Shown one piece after another: positions 16,170-24,062 of a stretch of 32,000 bases of DNA (positions are counted from its first letter, which is position 1; every line of letters begins with the position of its first letter). Under the pieces are notes generated by a model. It was given only the letters and a program-made list of their open reading frames with translations. It did not search any database and was not told where the DNA came from. The stretch lies in NCBI RefSeq assembly GCF_036323395.1, contig NZ_AP028907.1, positions 930,001 to 962,000 on the forward strand, read 5' to 3'. The DNA comes from Pyrodictium abyssi. Lineage in GTDB: Archaea; Thermoproteota; Thermoprotei_A; Sulfolobales; Pyrodictiaceae. Made by a program: the position numbers and the translations under genes.

Positions 16170-16219
16170 TCAGCTCCGGGTTTATCCTCAATGGGGCTCA
16201 GTCCGGCCACATTCATCAC
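16170..16219 (-). ncRNA. Candidate box C/D sRNA (C 7 - guide 11 - D' 4 - spacer 6 - C' 7 - guide 11 - D 4)
   Basis: Minus-strand read: GTGATGA-atgtggccgga-CTGA-gcccca-TTGAGGA-taaacccggag-CTGA. The C, D' and D boxes are canonical, and C' has one mismatch (UGAGGA). It lies in a gene-free gap. Confidence 0.6.
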
Positions 16220-16330
16220 GTTTTGGTTTCCTCGTTGCAGGCACCTGGCATAAGGTGCTCCATGTGTGTCTGTATGTTCTTATTAGGGGGTCTAGTAGCT
16301 CTGACGCTTAGGCTCGAATCCGGTAACATG

Positions 16331-16338
16331 TATAGAAT
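16331..16338 (+). promoter_or_regulatory. TATA box (TATAGAAT) for the 16362 membrane-protein gene, likely leaderless
   Basis: Centred about 27 nt upstream of the ATG at 16362. This is the canonical archaeal TATA-to-TSS distance and implies a leaderless mRNA. Confidence 0.4.
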
Positions 16339-16361
16339 GGGCGGATGCCGGCTGCAGTCAA

Positions 16362-17132
16362 ATGATGGAAGGATGGGGTGGCTCCAGCGTGTTCTCGGAG
16401 CGAATGATGCTTATTATTGGGCAGGTCTATCTTGCAATACTTTCGCTTGTCCTAGCTATAGCACCAAAATACTATATGTTTGTGTTTATAATATATTTTG
16501 TAGCGATAATGGCTCTAGGTATGTATTCTGCACGTAGTAGCGGCGGGAGAAGCGTGCCCAGAGAGGAGATAGAGAGGGCGCGAACACTGCTCAAGGAAGA
16601 TAAGGCATTTGAACTCGCTATGGAGGACGAGGAGCTAGTAAAGCAGTATGCTGGCCAGGCTAAGACAATGCTGGTAATGCTCATGTTGTTTCCAGTCTAC
16701 ATACTCTTGTTTAAGAGCGCGTCGATGTATCATGACGAGATAATAGCTCGGTTGGAGTCTATGGGGATAAGTAGCACTATGGCAGGGTTCATGTTCTGGC
16801 TGCTGGTATTCGAGACTATGTTTGCGATAAGCCAGCTGACAAGACGAATAGTGGCTAGGGGTGGGCGTGGACAACCACCGCTAGTACCCCACGGTTTCCG
16901 GGTGACCGAGAAAGGCATCGTAGTAAAGGGGTCTTTCGGGCAGGTTATCGGGTTCCCATTGCCAGAGGGTAGTGAGGTTAGGCTGGACGAGGCTAAGAAT
17001 TATGTCGAGATCAAGTATCCTCGTGGCAACAGGGTACGGCTCTATACACGCAAGGCGCGAAAACTCTACGAGTATATACGGCGTTATGGCCTACAACATG
17101 ATGTAGGGGAGAAGGAGTCGGCGAACGGTTAA
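16362..17132 (+). CDS. Archaeal membrane protein (DUF2208-like), 4 TM segments plus a soluble C-terminal domain
   Basis: 256 aa. It has two N-terminal TM helices, a charged linker, two more TM helices (MLVMLMLFPVYILLF and AGFMFWLLVFETMFAI) and a beta-rich tail. The family call is tentative. Confidence 0.55.
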   Translation: MMEGWGGSSVFSERMMLIIGQVYLAILSLVLAIAPKYYMFVFIIYFVAIMALGMYSARSSGGRSVPREEIERARTLLKEDKAFELAMEDEELVKQYAGQAKTMLVMLMLFPVYILLFKSASMYHDEIIARLESMGISSTMAGFMFWLLVFETMFAISQLTRRIVARGGRGQPPLVPHGFRVTEKGIVVKGSFGQVIGFPLPEGSEVRLDEAKNYVEIKYPRGNRVRLYTRKARKLYEYIRRYGLQHDVGEKESANG

Positions 17133-17140
17133 AGGCTTTG

Positions 17141-18313
17141 CTAGATTTTCTGTTCCAGTACCATCTTGTACTCCACTTCATCTAGGCTAGAATCTATCTT
17201 CAGCATGTCGAGCATTTCTTCAAGTTTGTCCCGTTCTCTATCTATCTCGCCTTCGCAGCCTTTCCCTACCCTAATGGGCTTATCTATTCGTGATAGAAGC
17301 ACCACCCTGCTCTCTATCTGCTGTGAGAGTATCTTGTACCCCGTTATATCTGCAAACTTCTTAGCGAATGCGAGTACCTCTATGTGACGCAGCATGTCTT
17401 TGCTTGATAGTCTGTGGCGTGCAGCTCCTACGTGCATGTATGACTTGAACTCTATGTATGTTGGTTGCGCGATTTCCACAAGCTTAGCCCATGCTTTGAG
17501 CGCAGTCTCATGCATGTTGAAGCTCCTTACTAGGGTAAACCTTATCACGGTTATGCTTGAGAAGCTTGGTAGCATCTCTAGTGTCTCTAGTGTAAGCTCC
17601 CATGCCCTTGGTACTAGAGGCTTGTCAAACTCATTGTAGCTCTTCTTGTCCCATGCTTCTAGACTAATGTAGAGCTGTGTTGGCTCCTCCTCAAGGTTAG
17701 CTAGAACGTCTGGGCGTACTCCGCGGGTTACTAGGAATGTTGTTAGGCCGCGCTTGTGATACTCTTGTATCAGTTCGCCAAGTCGAGGATACAGTGTTGG
17801 CTCGCCGGTAAGGCTTATGGCAACGTGGACTGGGTTCATGGCCTCTTCTAGCAGGCGCTTCATCCTTTCATCTGCTTTAGGGTGTCCCCAGTAGCCCATG
17901 AGCGACTCTCTATGAGCCTCTATGCTTCCTTCCGCTATCAGGTCGGGGTCGTCTACCCATGGCAGCTTTGTGTCGTCCCAGCGGATGGTGTCGGTTGGGC
18001 GTAGTCTCCAGCAGTGTAGACATGCATTCCAGCACCAGAGCGCGGCGGGGCTCATCTGTATATCACGGTGGCTCTCTATCCCGTAGAACTTACACTTGTA
18101 GCAGAACCTGTTCTCGACTAGCGCTGCGTGTGTCCAGTGGCACTTCTTTACAACGCTGTGCCTCCCTACTATGATGTAGCCCTGGCGCTCTAGGATACGA
18201 TAGAGGCTACGGTAGGGTTCTGGAAAGTCGCTGATACGGTATTTCCACCTCTTATTGCGTACTGTTCTGGGTCTAAAGTCCAGCTGCGCCACTTCAACCC
18301 CCGTTAACTCCAC
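17141..18313 (-). CDS. taw1: tRNA 4-demethylwyosine synthase (radical SAM; Taw1/TYW1)
   Basis: Contains the radical-SAM CxxxCxxC motif 'CWNACLHCWR', the upstream auxiliary-cluster cysteines 'KKCHWT....FCYKCKFYGIESH', and 'ISLTGEPTLYPRL'. The start is GTG. Confidence 0.9.
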   Translation of the reverse strand: MELTGVEVAQLDFRPRTVRNKRWKYRISDFPEPYRSLYRILERQGYIIVGRHSVVKKCHWTHAALVENRFCYKCKFYGIESHRDIQMSPAALWCWNACLHCWRLRPTDTIRWDDTKLPWVDDPDLIAEGSIEAHRESLMGYWGHPKADERMKRLLEEAMNPVHVAISLTGEPTLYPRLGELIQEYHKRGLTTFLVTRGVRPDVLANLEEEPTQLYISLEAWDKKSYNEFDKPLVPRAWELTLETLEMLPSFSSITVIRFTLVRSFNMHETALKAWAKLVEIAQPTYIEFKSYMHVGAARHRLSSKDMLRHIEVLAFAKKFADITGYKILSQQIESRVVLLSRIDKPIRVGKGCEGEIDRERDKLEEMLDMLKIDSSLDEVEYKMVLEQKI

Positions 18314-18494
18314 TTCTGTTTCAGAGCTCCTAAATTATGGTTAGTTACAGGGCCACGTAGTCTAGGCTAACAGAGTTAAAGCTAATATGCAGTTATGCCA
18401 GCATCTCTCAAGGGGATGTGGTGCACACCCTTTAGCCGAGTCATGGATGAGGGAGGTGGCCAGGGCCGAACCGCTATCCGAATGAAGTATTGGC

Positions 18495-18573
18495 TCAGTG
18501 CTCCGCCTACTCTTCACCCCCAGGTTCCCGGCGCCTTGAGCCCAGGAGGGTCAGGCCCAAAGGTCGTCATCAC
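18495..18573 (-). ncRNA. Box C/D-like module with an unusually long (33-nt) D'-C' loop
   Basis: Minus-strand read: GTGATGA-cgacctttgggc(12)-CTGA-33 nt-GTGAAGA-gtaggcggagca(12)-CTGA. It is flanked by complementary TTGGC...GCCAA, part of a 9-bp helix pairing 18490-18498 with 18578-18586. Both guide spacers are exactly 12 nt, but the architecture is atypical. Confidence 0.3.
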
Positions 18574-18574
18574 T

Positions 18575-18639
18575 ATGCTGAGCCAACACCTAGCTGACCG
18601 GGGGAAGACCGGTTGTGTGATGAATTCCCTGTGGTCTGA
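18575..18639 (+). ncRNA. Box C/D-like module with a 19-nt D'-C' loop
   Basis: Plus-strand read: ATGCTGA-gccaacacctag(12)-CTGA-ccgggggaagaccggttgt-GTGATGA-attccctgtggt(12)-CTGA. The C'/D half is canonical and the C box has one mismatch. It abuts the minus-strand module, so the two may be mutually exclusive. Confidence 0.3.
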
Positions 18640-18667
18640 GATGTATAAGCCCAGTTAAGAATGCAGC

Positions 18668-19027
18668 TTAGGGGTCTATCTCTACATTGAGCGGGAACCC
18701 ATGGGCGTCGAGCACACCCCAGAACTCGTCAACGGTTCGTATCAGCCTTTTTGGATGGCCGGTATCGTCTAGCGCGTCTTCTATCCTCAGAAGCTTAGCC
18801 TTGAACTCTAGTCCCCTGCTAAAGCCCCCTAATCCTTTTGTAGCAAGCACACGGTGGCATGGGACAACTATGAGCTCACTGTTCGTTTTCATGTACACAC
18901 CTATGGCCCGCGGTGAGGTGCCTGTAAGCTCGGCTAGTGTACCGTACGTTATAGTGTAGCCTATTGGTACCATGCTGAGAAGCAAGTACACGAGATCCCT
19001 GCGTGAGGACGGGTCCTTCCAGCTCAC
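18668..19027 (-). CDS. MGMT-family protein (methylated-DNA--protein-cysteine methyltransferase; DNA-binding/active-site domain only)
   Basis: 119 aa. Contains 'TYGTLAELTG.SPRAIG' (HTH) and the active-site motif 'VPCHRV'. There is no separate N-terminal domain. Confidence 0.8.
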   Translation of the reverse strand: MSWKDPSSRRDLVYLLLSMVPIGYTITYGTLAELTGTSPRAIGVYMKTNSELIVVPCHRVLATKGLGGFSRGLEFKAKLLRIEDALDDTGHPKRLIRTVDEFWGVLDAHGFPLNVEIDP

Positions 19028-19196
19028 CCTATCCTCACCCGTTTACTAGGGCTCATCGGCTATAATGCGGGGAGGTCAGTCATCCCCCATACCGCACATG
19101 TACTAGCTCCAGGCCTCTAACAAACCTCTGCAAAACACTTATAAGGGGTGGGCCTGTAGAGTAAATCGTGCTACATGGTGGATGGCGGGGTAGCAT

Positions 19197-19273
19197 AGCG
19201 GGGTAGGGTAGCCTGGTAGCCCGCGGGGCTCATAACCCCGAGGTCGGTGGTTCAAATCCACCCCCCGCTACCA
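19197..19273 (+). tRNA. Initiator tRNA-Met (CAU); CCA is encoded
   Basis: Fold: AGCGGGG-TA-GGGT-AGCCTGGTA-GCCC-G-CGGGG-CTCATAA-CCCCG-AGGTC-GGTGG-TTCAAAT-CCACC-CCCCGCT-A-CCA. The A1:U72 pair and the run of G:C pairs closing the anticodon stem are archaeal initiator hallmarks. Confidence 0.9.
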
Positions 19274-19450
19274 CAGCCCGCAAGCCGCGGGCCCCCGCCG
19301 CCAGTTCCTCTAACCCCATCAACCTTCTACATAGGCCTCAAGCCGCCTCCAGCCTCAACCGGGCTTGTCTTCATGGTATTGATGTCCTCATAGTTTCGGT
19401 AAACTGTCTGGAAGAGTTATTGACGAGGAGTACGCAAGATAAGGGGACTA

Positions 19451-21628
19451 ATGGCAGCCAGGAAACAGTTCATGCTCACCTTGCCCTTCGCCGTAAGGGA
19501 TGTTAGCAAGGTACTGCCGCTAGAGTACGCAAATGGATTTGACAGCTGCAGTCCCACATTGCTGGTAGTGACTGAAAAGTATGGTAAGCTTATTGAGCTA
19601 GAGTGTGGAAGCAACAGATTACTAATCCCGCTAATTGGTAGTCATAACGGTTTTAACATGCATGAACTCAATAATAATTTGTGTTATGCAAGTAATGGTA
19701 GTATAAGGGATAATGCAAGAATAATAGTACAGGGTCCCCACGTTGTGGTTTATACGCATAGGGGGCTCTTCAATAAAGGCATAGCTATAGCATTCCGCAA
19801 CAGTGGGTGCAAGAGATGGGATCACATCAATAGAGCAGTCGTAGTAAAGTCGGGAAGCGACTTAGTTTCAAGCTTTGTCCTATACCGCCGTGCAGGGGAG
19901 TACTTTTTAATACTAGATACTGTTGACTCATTCATTCATGTGAGGCTCGGAGAAAAGCCTAGCCTCATTAAACATAGAAACGGAGTGATTATTGCATTCT
20001 TTCGGGACTATGCACGCCTATTGAGTCCGGTGACAGGCTTTATAGATATACCGTCGTCCGAGCAAAGTCTTGAACCTCTTGGATATAGTTTGGAGGGCAA
20101 TATACTCCTCTACAATAAGAGTGACAGCGTGGTCTATGCCATTGATAGGGTCGGTGGTATTAAGCCACTTATTAGATGTGTGAGCATATCTTCAATACCG
20201 TCATATGATGGATATAGCATTATAGAGTGTGATGGTCGGGTTGTTGGGGGTGTAGGAGCTGTTGCATCATATGCGCTAAGCCTAGTGAAGAGAGCATCGT
20301 TCTCATATAGATCCGTGATTGTGTTCCCCTATGTTGTACTCCTAGGCAAGGACAACATATCTATCATAGAGCTAGGAAGAATGTCGACAGTTATAGTAGA
20401 TATACTATCGGAAGTTGTAAGAAGGAACAAGGTCTTAGGCTTAGGTAGTGGAATAGGCGATGACAGTGATGCCGAAAAACTTGTAACAATCATAGAAAAT
20501 GAAATCGTGGGTAGTCTGACTGATGCTGAGATACTGATTAACAGAGCTGTGCTATGGAGAACTAAGTGGGGGAGTCTCTGTATAGGGTCAAACTCGTGTA
20601 GTAACTCGATTCTCGAAGTATGGGGCAGAGTTTTAGGTATTCAAAGTAACTCGTACGGATTAAAGCTAGTCCTCGGTGGTAAGCGTGTAGAGCCAAGCGT
20701 CGTTTACGTTGATAATGACAGGTTCTATGCTGCATACAGCTTGCATGGTATTGGTGAGGTTTCTAGTGTAACTATAGAAGAGTACTACAGTCGTGCAAGT
20801 ACTAGTATCGATAAAATCAATGTACGCGAAATCAGTGTTGGAATAGAAGTTCTAGATGCGGTACCCCGTGGGATTGACACTATCGAGTTAACGCTTAGAG
20901 TTAGTAGCAATCTAGGCATGTATAAGCTGTTTATACTACCTTGGTATAGAATAGCTAAACCGGCTAAAGGTACAGACAAAAGAAACGGCAGACCTATGAA
21001 TGGCTACGAGCTAGTATTCAGGGCTAGTGTTGCTATAGACGAGGTTGCTAACAATAACTACGAGATTGGCATTATGATTGCTAGTGAACACGGTATAAAG
21101 ATTATTGGACAGATTGATGTCAGGCATATAATAAGCAGCGTCTTTGGCGTTATGAGTGATGTTAACGCGACCATTAACGATGGCCACGAGTTTATTGAAA
21201 TGGCGTCCGAAAGACCAGGATACATAGCTTTCAGAGTTAATGGTGTTGATGTGGTCGTTGAGTCTGGAGGAGCGTATGTGCTGCGGGTGCCTGGTGGCCG
21301 AGCAGAGCTTGCTATAAGGGATAGCAGAGGTGTCAGGATATTCACATTATTCGGTATAAAAGACAATATTATTACAGCAAAACTTGTAGGAGGGAATGCC
21401 CTTATGATAGAGTGTAACATTAGCTGTGTAATCTCATGCAGACATAGTACTCCCTTAAGCGGGAACGTTATTACCCTTGATGTAAACAAGGTTATCAATA
21501 GCGGTACTTGTAGTATTATAAGTATAGGTTATGGCGTTGTCAAAGAATACAACGTAAATGGTGTCGGAGTGCTAATGGGGCTAGGTGTGAAAACCGGTTT
21601 ATTGCTTGCTAAGCTCCTCAAGCTGTAA
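19451..21628 (+). CDS. Hypothetical 725-aa protein; low-GC, beta-rich, with a C-terminal hydrophobic tail; no family recognised
   Basis: A single uninterrupted 2.2-kb ORF in an AT-rich segment, which is unlikely by chance at this composition. It is rich in Ile/Asn/Ser/Val/Gly. The tail is [23 protein letters not shown] see no signal peptide, P-loop or catalytic motif. Confidence 0.6.
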   Translation: MAARKQFMLTLPFAVRDVSKVLPLEYANGFDSCSPTLLVVTEKYGKLIELECGSNRLLIPLIGSHNGFNMHELNNNLCYASNGSIRDNARIIVQGPHVVVYTHRGLFNKGIAIAFRNSGCKRWDHINRAVVVKSGSDLVSSFVLYRRAGEYFLILDTVDSFIHVRLGEKPSLIKHRNGVIIAFFRDYARLLSPVTGFIDIPSSEQSLEPLGYSLEGNILLYNKSDSVVYAIDRVGGIKPLIRCVSISSIPSYDGYSIIECDGRVVGGVGAVASYALSLVKRASFSYRSVIVFPYVVLLGKDNISIIELGRMSTVIVDILSEVVRRNKVLGLGSGIGDDSDAEKLVTIIENEIVGSLTDAEILINRAVLWRTKWGSLCIGSNSCSNSILEVWGRVLGIQSNSYGLKLVLGGKRVEPSVVYVDNDRFYAAYSLHGIGEVSSVTIEEYYSRASTSIDKINVREISVGIEVLDAVPRGIDTIELTLRVSSNLGMYKLFILPWYRIAKPAKGTDKRNGRPMNGYELVFRASVAIDEVANNNYEIGIMIASEHGIKIIGQIDVRHIISSVFGVMSDVNATINDGHEFIEMASERPGYIAFRVNGVDVVVESGGAYVLRVPGGRAELAIRDSRGVRIFTLFGIKDNIITAKLVGGNALMIECNISCVISCRHSTPLSGNVITLDVNKVINSGTCSIISIGYGVVKEYNVNGVGVLMGLGVKTGLLLAKLLKL

Positions 21629-22801
21629 TAGTACATATTCTCTCACATCCTTTACACTAGGCAATTCCACCACGATTCTGCCGTCCTCCATAACTTTCTC
21701 TAGGAGCGGGCGGGGTTCAGAGCCATCGTTGCAAACGTGGCTGGGGGTCTCGCCCCACGGGACGATTACGTCGTTTAAGGGTTTGCAGCGATACACTTGC
21801 TTCATGCCTGGAAGCTTTCCACGTTTTGTTATAGGTATCCACTTATCATCCCGCTTCACCTCTACGATGTCCATGCTAATGTCGATGCTTGGGGGGAATG
21901 CTATCGAAGTTCCAACGCCGAACGCGTCTACGAGATCTTTAAGCTCCGCTATACTATCCTCGTCGAGGCCGCCGCTAACTATTATTTTCACATCCTTATA
22001 GCCATGAATATCTAGTGTCCAACGTATCTCTTCAACAATCCGGCGCATGTTGCCTCTTCGGCTACTTGGTGTGTCCAGCCTTACGCCAAACAGTTTACTG
22101 CCTAGAGTACGGGCAGCTAGTAGTGCCTCGTATCTCTCGTCATAGAAGGTGTCGACAAGAGCTATTCTCGGTACATCGGGCTCGACTACCTCGTCAAACG
22201 CCTTCCAGGCCTCAACGGGGTCACCGAACAGTATTATCAATGCGTGTGGCATAGTGCCACGGGGCTCAAGGTCGAGGAACTCCTTTGATAGTAGCCCCGA
22301 GACAGAGTCGCATCCACCAATATAAGCGGCTCTATCGACCATGGGCGCTAATGCTGGGTGGACAGAGCGTAGCCCGAAGAATAATACTGTCTTATCACCA
22401 GCGGCAAGGCGAATACGCGCGGCTTTTGTAGCGACACTTGTCTCATGCCTTAGCGCGCCCAATATGGCAGTCTCTAGTTCTGCGAACTCACAGTAGGGCC
22501 CTTCGATAACCATTAGTGGCTCAACTGGCTTGAATATGGTTCCTTCACGCATGGCATAGACATTAACATGTCTTCCTTCGAGAATAGCTAGTGCTTCCTC
22601 AAGCCCTGCAAACACGGCCCATTCATATCCCTTGGGCAGACTATATGCGTGGAATTCCGCCCTTACTATTGTATCGCATAGTCCCTTAGCCTCTAGGATG
22701 CGCCGTGTTCTAGCAAAATAGACATCAGTAGCACGCCCCTTGCGAATGTCGTCGACGCTCGCAACATAGAGGCGTGGTCTTCTCTTCATGGCTTTACTCA
22801 C
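21599..22801 (-). CDS. Nicotinate phosphoribosyltransferase (archaeal type)
   Basis: 400 aa. Contains 'ATDVYF.RT..IL', 'GTMPHALI', 'ALVDTFYDE' and '[13 protein letters not shown]', the NAPRT/type II PRTase pattern. Confidence 0.85.
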   Translation of the reverse strand: MSKAMKRRPRLYVASVDDIRKGRATDVYFARTRRILEAKGLCDTIVRAEFHAYSLPKGYEWAVFAGLEEALAILEGRHVNVYAMREGTIFKPVEPLMVIEGPYCEFAELETAILGALRHETSVATKAARIRLAAGDKTVLFFGLRSVHPALAPMVDRAAYIGGCDSVSGLLSKEFLDLEPRGTMPHALIILFGDPVEAWKAFDEVVEPDVPRIALVDTFYDERYEALLAARTLGSKLFGVRLDTPSSRRGNMRRIVEEIRWTLDIHGYKDVKIIVSGGLDEDSIAELKDLVDAFGVGTSIAFPPSIDISMDIVEVKRDDKWIPITKRGKLPGMKQVYRCKPLNDVIVPWGETPSHVCNDGSEPRPLLEKVMEDGRIVVELPSVKDVREYVLLQLEELSKQ

Positions 22802-23204
22802 CCATTATCTCTACTATGACTCTCCTTGTTCTGGGCCCGTCGAGTTCGATTAGAAGGATGTTCTGCCAAGTTCCTCTGACAAGCCTTCCATTCATAACTG
22901 GGAATACCCTGGATGGGCCGATCACAGCAGACGCGAGATGTGCGTGAGCATTATCATCTATTCTATTGTGTCTCCACTTATAGTCGGGCTTGAAAGTCTC
23001 CTTCAGGAAATCTATATAGTCGCTAAGCAGCCCGGGCTCAGCCTCGTTAGCGATGATAGCTGCTGTAGCGTGGGGTACGAAGACGAGGCATAGCCCATTT
23101 CTAATGCCCGAGTTCTGCACGATGGTCTCCACCTTAGTAGTTATGTCTATGACTTCAAAGCGGCTACTACTAGTAACCGTAAACTCTCTAACAACGACAC
23201 GCAT
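22794..23204 (-). CDS. YjbQ/UPF0047-family protein (secondary thiamine-phosphate synthase-like)
   Basis: 136 aa. Contains 'DIT..V......[20 protein letters not shown]', '[10 protein letters not shown]' and 'G.L.LGTWQ.I'. It overlaps the NAPRT start by 8 nt. Confidence 0.85.
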   Translation of the reverse strand: MRVVVREFTVTSSSRFEVIDITTKVETIVQNSGIRNGLCLVFVPHATAAIIANEAEPGLLSDYIDFLKETFKPDYKWRHNRIDDNAHAHLASAVIGPSRVFPVMNGRLVRGTWQNILLIELDGPRTRRVIVEIMGE

Positions 23205-23361
23205 GTCCGAGACTACACCTCCTCCATACCTGTGAACCCATATACTCGCCCGCCTCTAAATGTAAAAAATAACTAGTTGAAGGAATGGCTAGTGCAAGGG
23301 CTGCAGCACATAATTAAAACCGGTGTAGGCCGCTTAGTCGAGCAGATGGGGAGACGAGCGA

Positions 23362-23784
23362 ATGAAAGGTATTGAAGAGATAGCAGAGCGGATCAAGAAG
23401 CTCGTAGATAGGAAGATAGAGCAGATTGAACAAGAGCTAGGTGACCCACTGTACTACGCTGGAAAAGACTTCGACGAGCTAATCGAGAAATACCCTGTAG
23501 CAGTAGTGGAGTTTGCCGCACCCTGGTGTAATCCATGTAAAGCCTACACACCAGTATTCCGAAGAGTTGCACGCAGGCTCATGAAGGAGTACAGCGGGAG
23601 AGTAGTCTTCATGTACCTGGACACGGACCAGCTGCCTGAGATAGCCGATAGGTACAACATAGAAAACATACCCACAACGATCATATTCGTCAATGGACAC
23701 GTAGCCGACGTGATCATGGGCGCGACGCAGGAATCCCGGCTCGAAGAAAAGGTGCGAAGCATACTCGAAGAAGTAGCGAAGTAA
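23362..23784 (+). CDS. Thioredoxin-fold protein with a WCNPC active site and an N-terminal helical extension
   Basis: 'VVEFAAPWCNPCKAYTPVF' and 'IENIPTTIIF' (cis-Pro loop) are present. About 45 aa of charged helix precede the thioredoxin fold. Confidence 0.85.
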   Translation: MKGIEEIAERIKKLVDRKIEQIEQELGDPLYYAGKDFDELIEKYPVAVVEFAAPWCNPCKAYTPVFRRVARRLMKEYSGRVVFMYLDTDQLPEIADRYNIENIPTTIIFVNGHVADVIMGATQESRLEEKVRSILEEVAK

Positions 23785-24001
23785 CAAAAAGCACAGTAGC
23801 GCTTCAAACACTACATGATGTGGAGACGATATGGAAGCATTCGGCAAAGGGGGAGGTGCATCATCCCCAGCCAAGGTCTTCTTGGGGACAGCGCCTCCAC
23901 ATCAACTCTCCAGGTATACTTGAGTACAGCCAGTACCATATTATAGCTGTATTAAAACCGCTCTTTCAATACAGCAGCAAGGCAGGTCTCCCAGCAGGTC
24001 G

Positions 24002-24062
24002 CGGCAGTGATGAAAAGGCTGAGGTCTGAGATACTATGAGGATAGAGGATGGCACTGAGCCG
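24002..24062 (+). ncRNA. Candidate box C/D sRNA with a 4-bp terminal stem (best-formed candidate in the window)
   Basis: Read: CGGC-a-GTGATGA-aaaggctgaggt(12)-CTGA-gatact(6)-ATGAGGA-tagaggatggca(12)-CTGA-GCCG. The C, D' and D boxes are canonical, C' is UGAGGA, and the flanks CGGC/GCCG pair. Confidence 0.65.

Noticed and set aside
16300-16325. T-loop-like GGCTCGAATCCGG string
   Set aside because: The flanks do not form a T-stem or any other tRNA arm, so this is a chance resemblance.
16099-16537. 70-aa and 130-aa plus-strand ORFs in the tRNA-Thr/DUF2208 gap
   Set aside because: Both are Cys/Ser/Leu-rich with no motif. The longer one overlaps the well-supported 16362 gene out of frame. The region is better explained by two minus-strand C/D sRNA modules and the 16331 TATA box.
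18395-18658. 87-aa plus-strand ORF, and the idea that this gap encodes SRP (7S) RNA or RNase P RNA
   Set aside because: The ORF product looks random (Pro/Gly/Ser-rich, no motif) and overlaps the C/D-like modules. I looked for SRP helix-8-type GGAA/AGCA motifs and the RNase P GAGGAAAGUCC-type block and found neither. About 350 nt is also barely long enough.
19197-21700. Integrated mobile element bounded by the initiator tRNA
   Set aside because: There is no integrase, transposase or other mobile-element gene. I found no direct repeat of the tRNA 3' half at or beyond the right end of the low-GC segment. Only a single alien gene is present, so I report a compositional anomaly, not a mobile element.
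23820-24029. 69-aa plus-strand ORF upstream of the BtpA-family gene
   Set aside because: It has no motif and odd composition, and it runs into the C/D sRNA candidate. The region more likely holds the promoter (ATTATAG / ATTAAAA at about 23936-23958) and leader.
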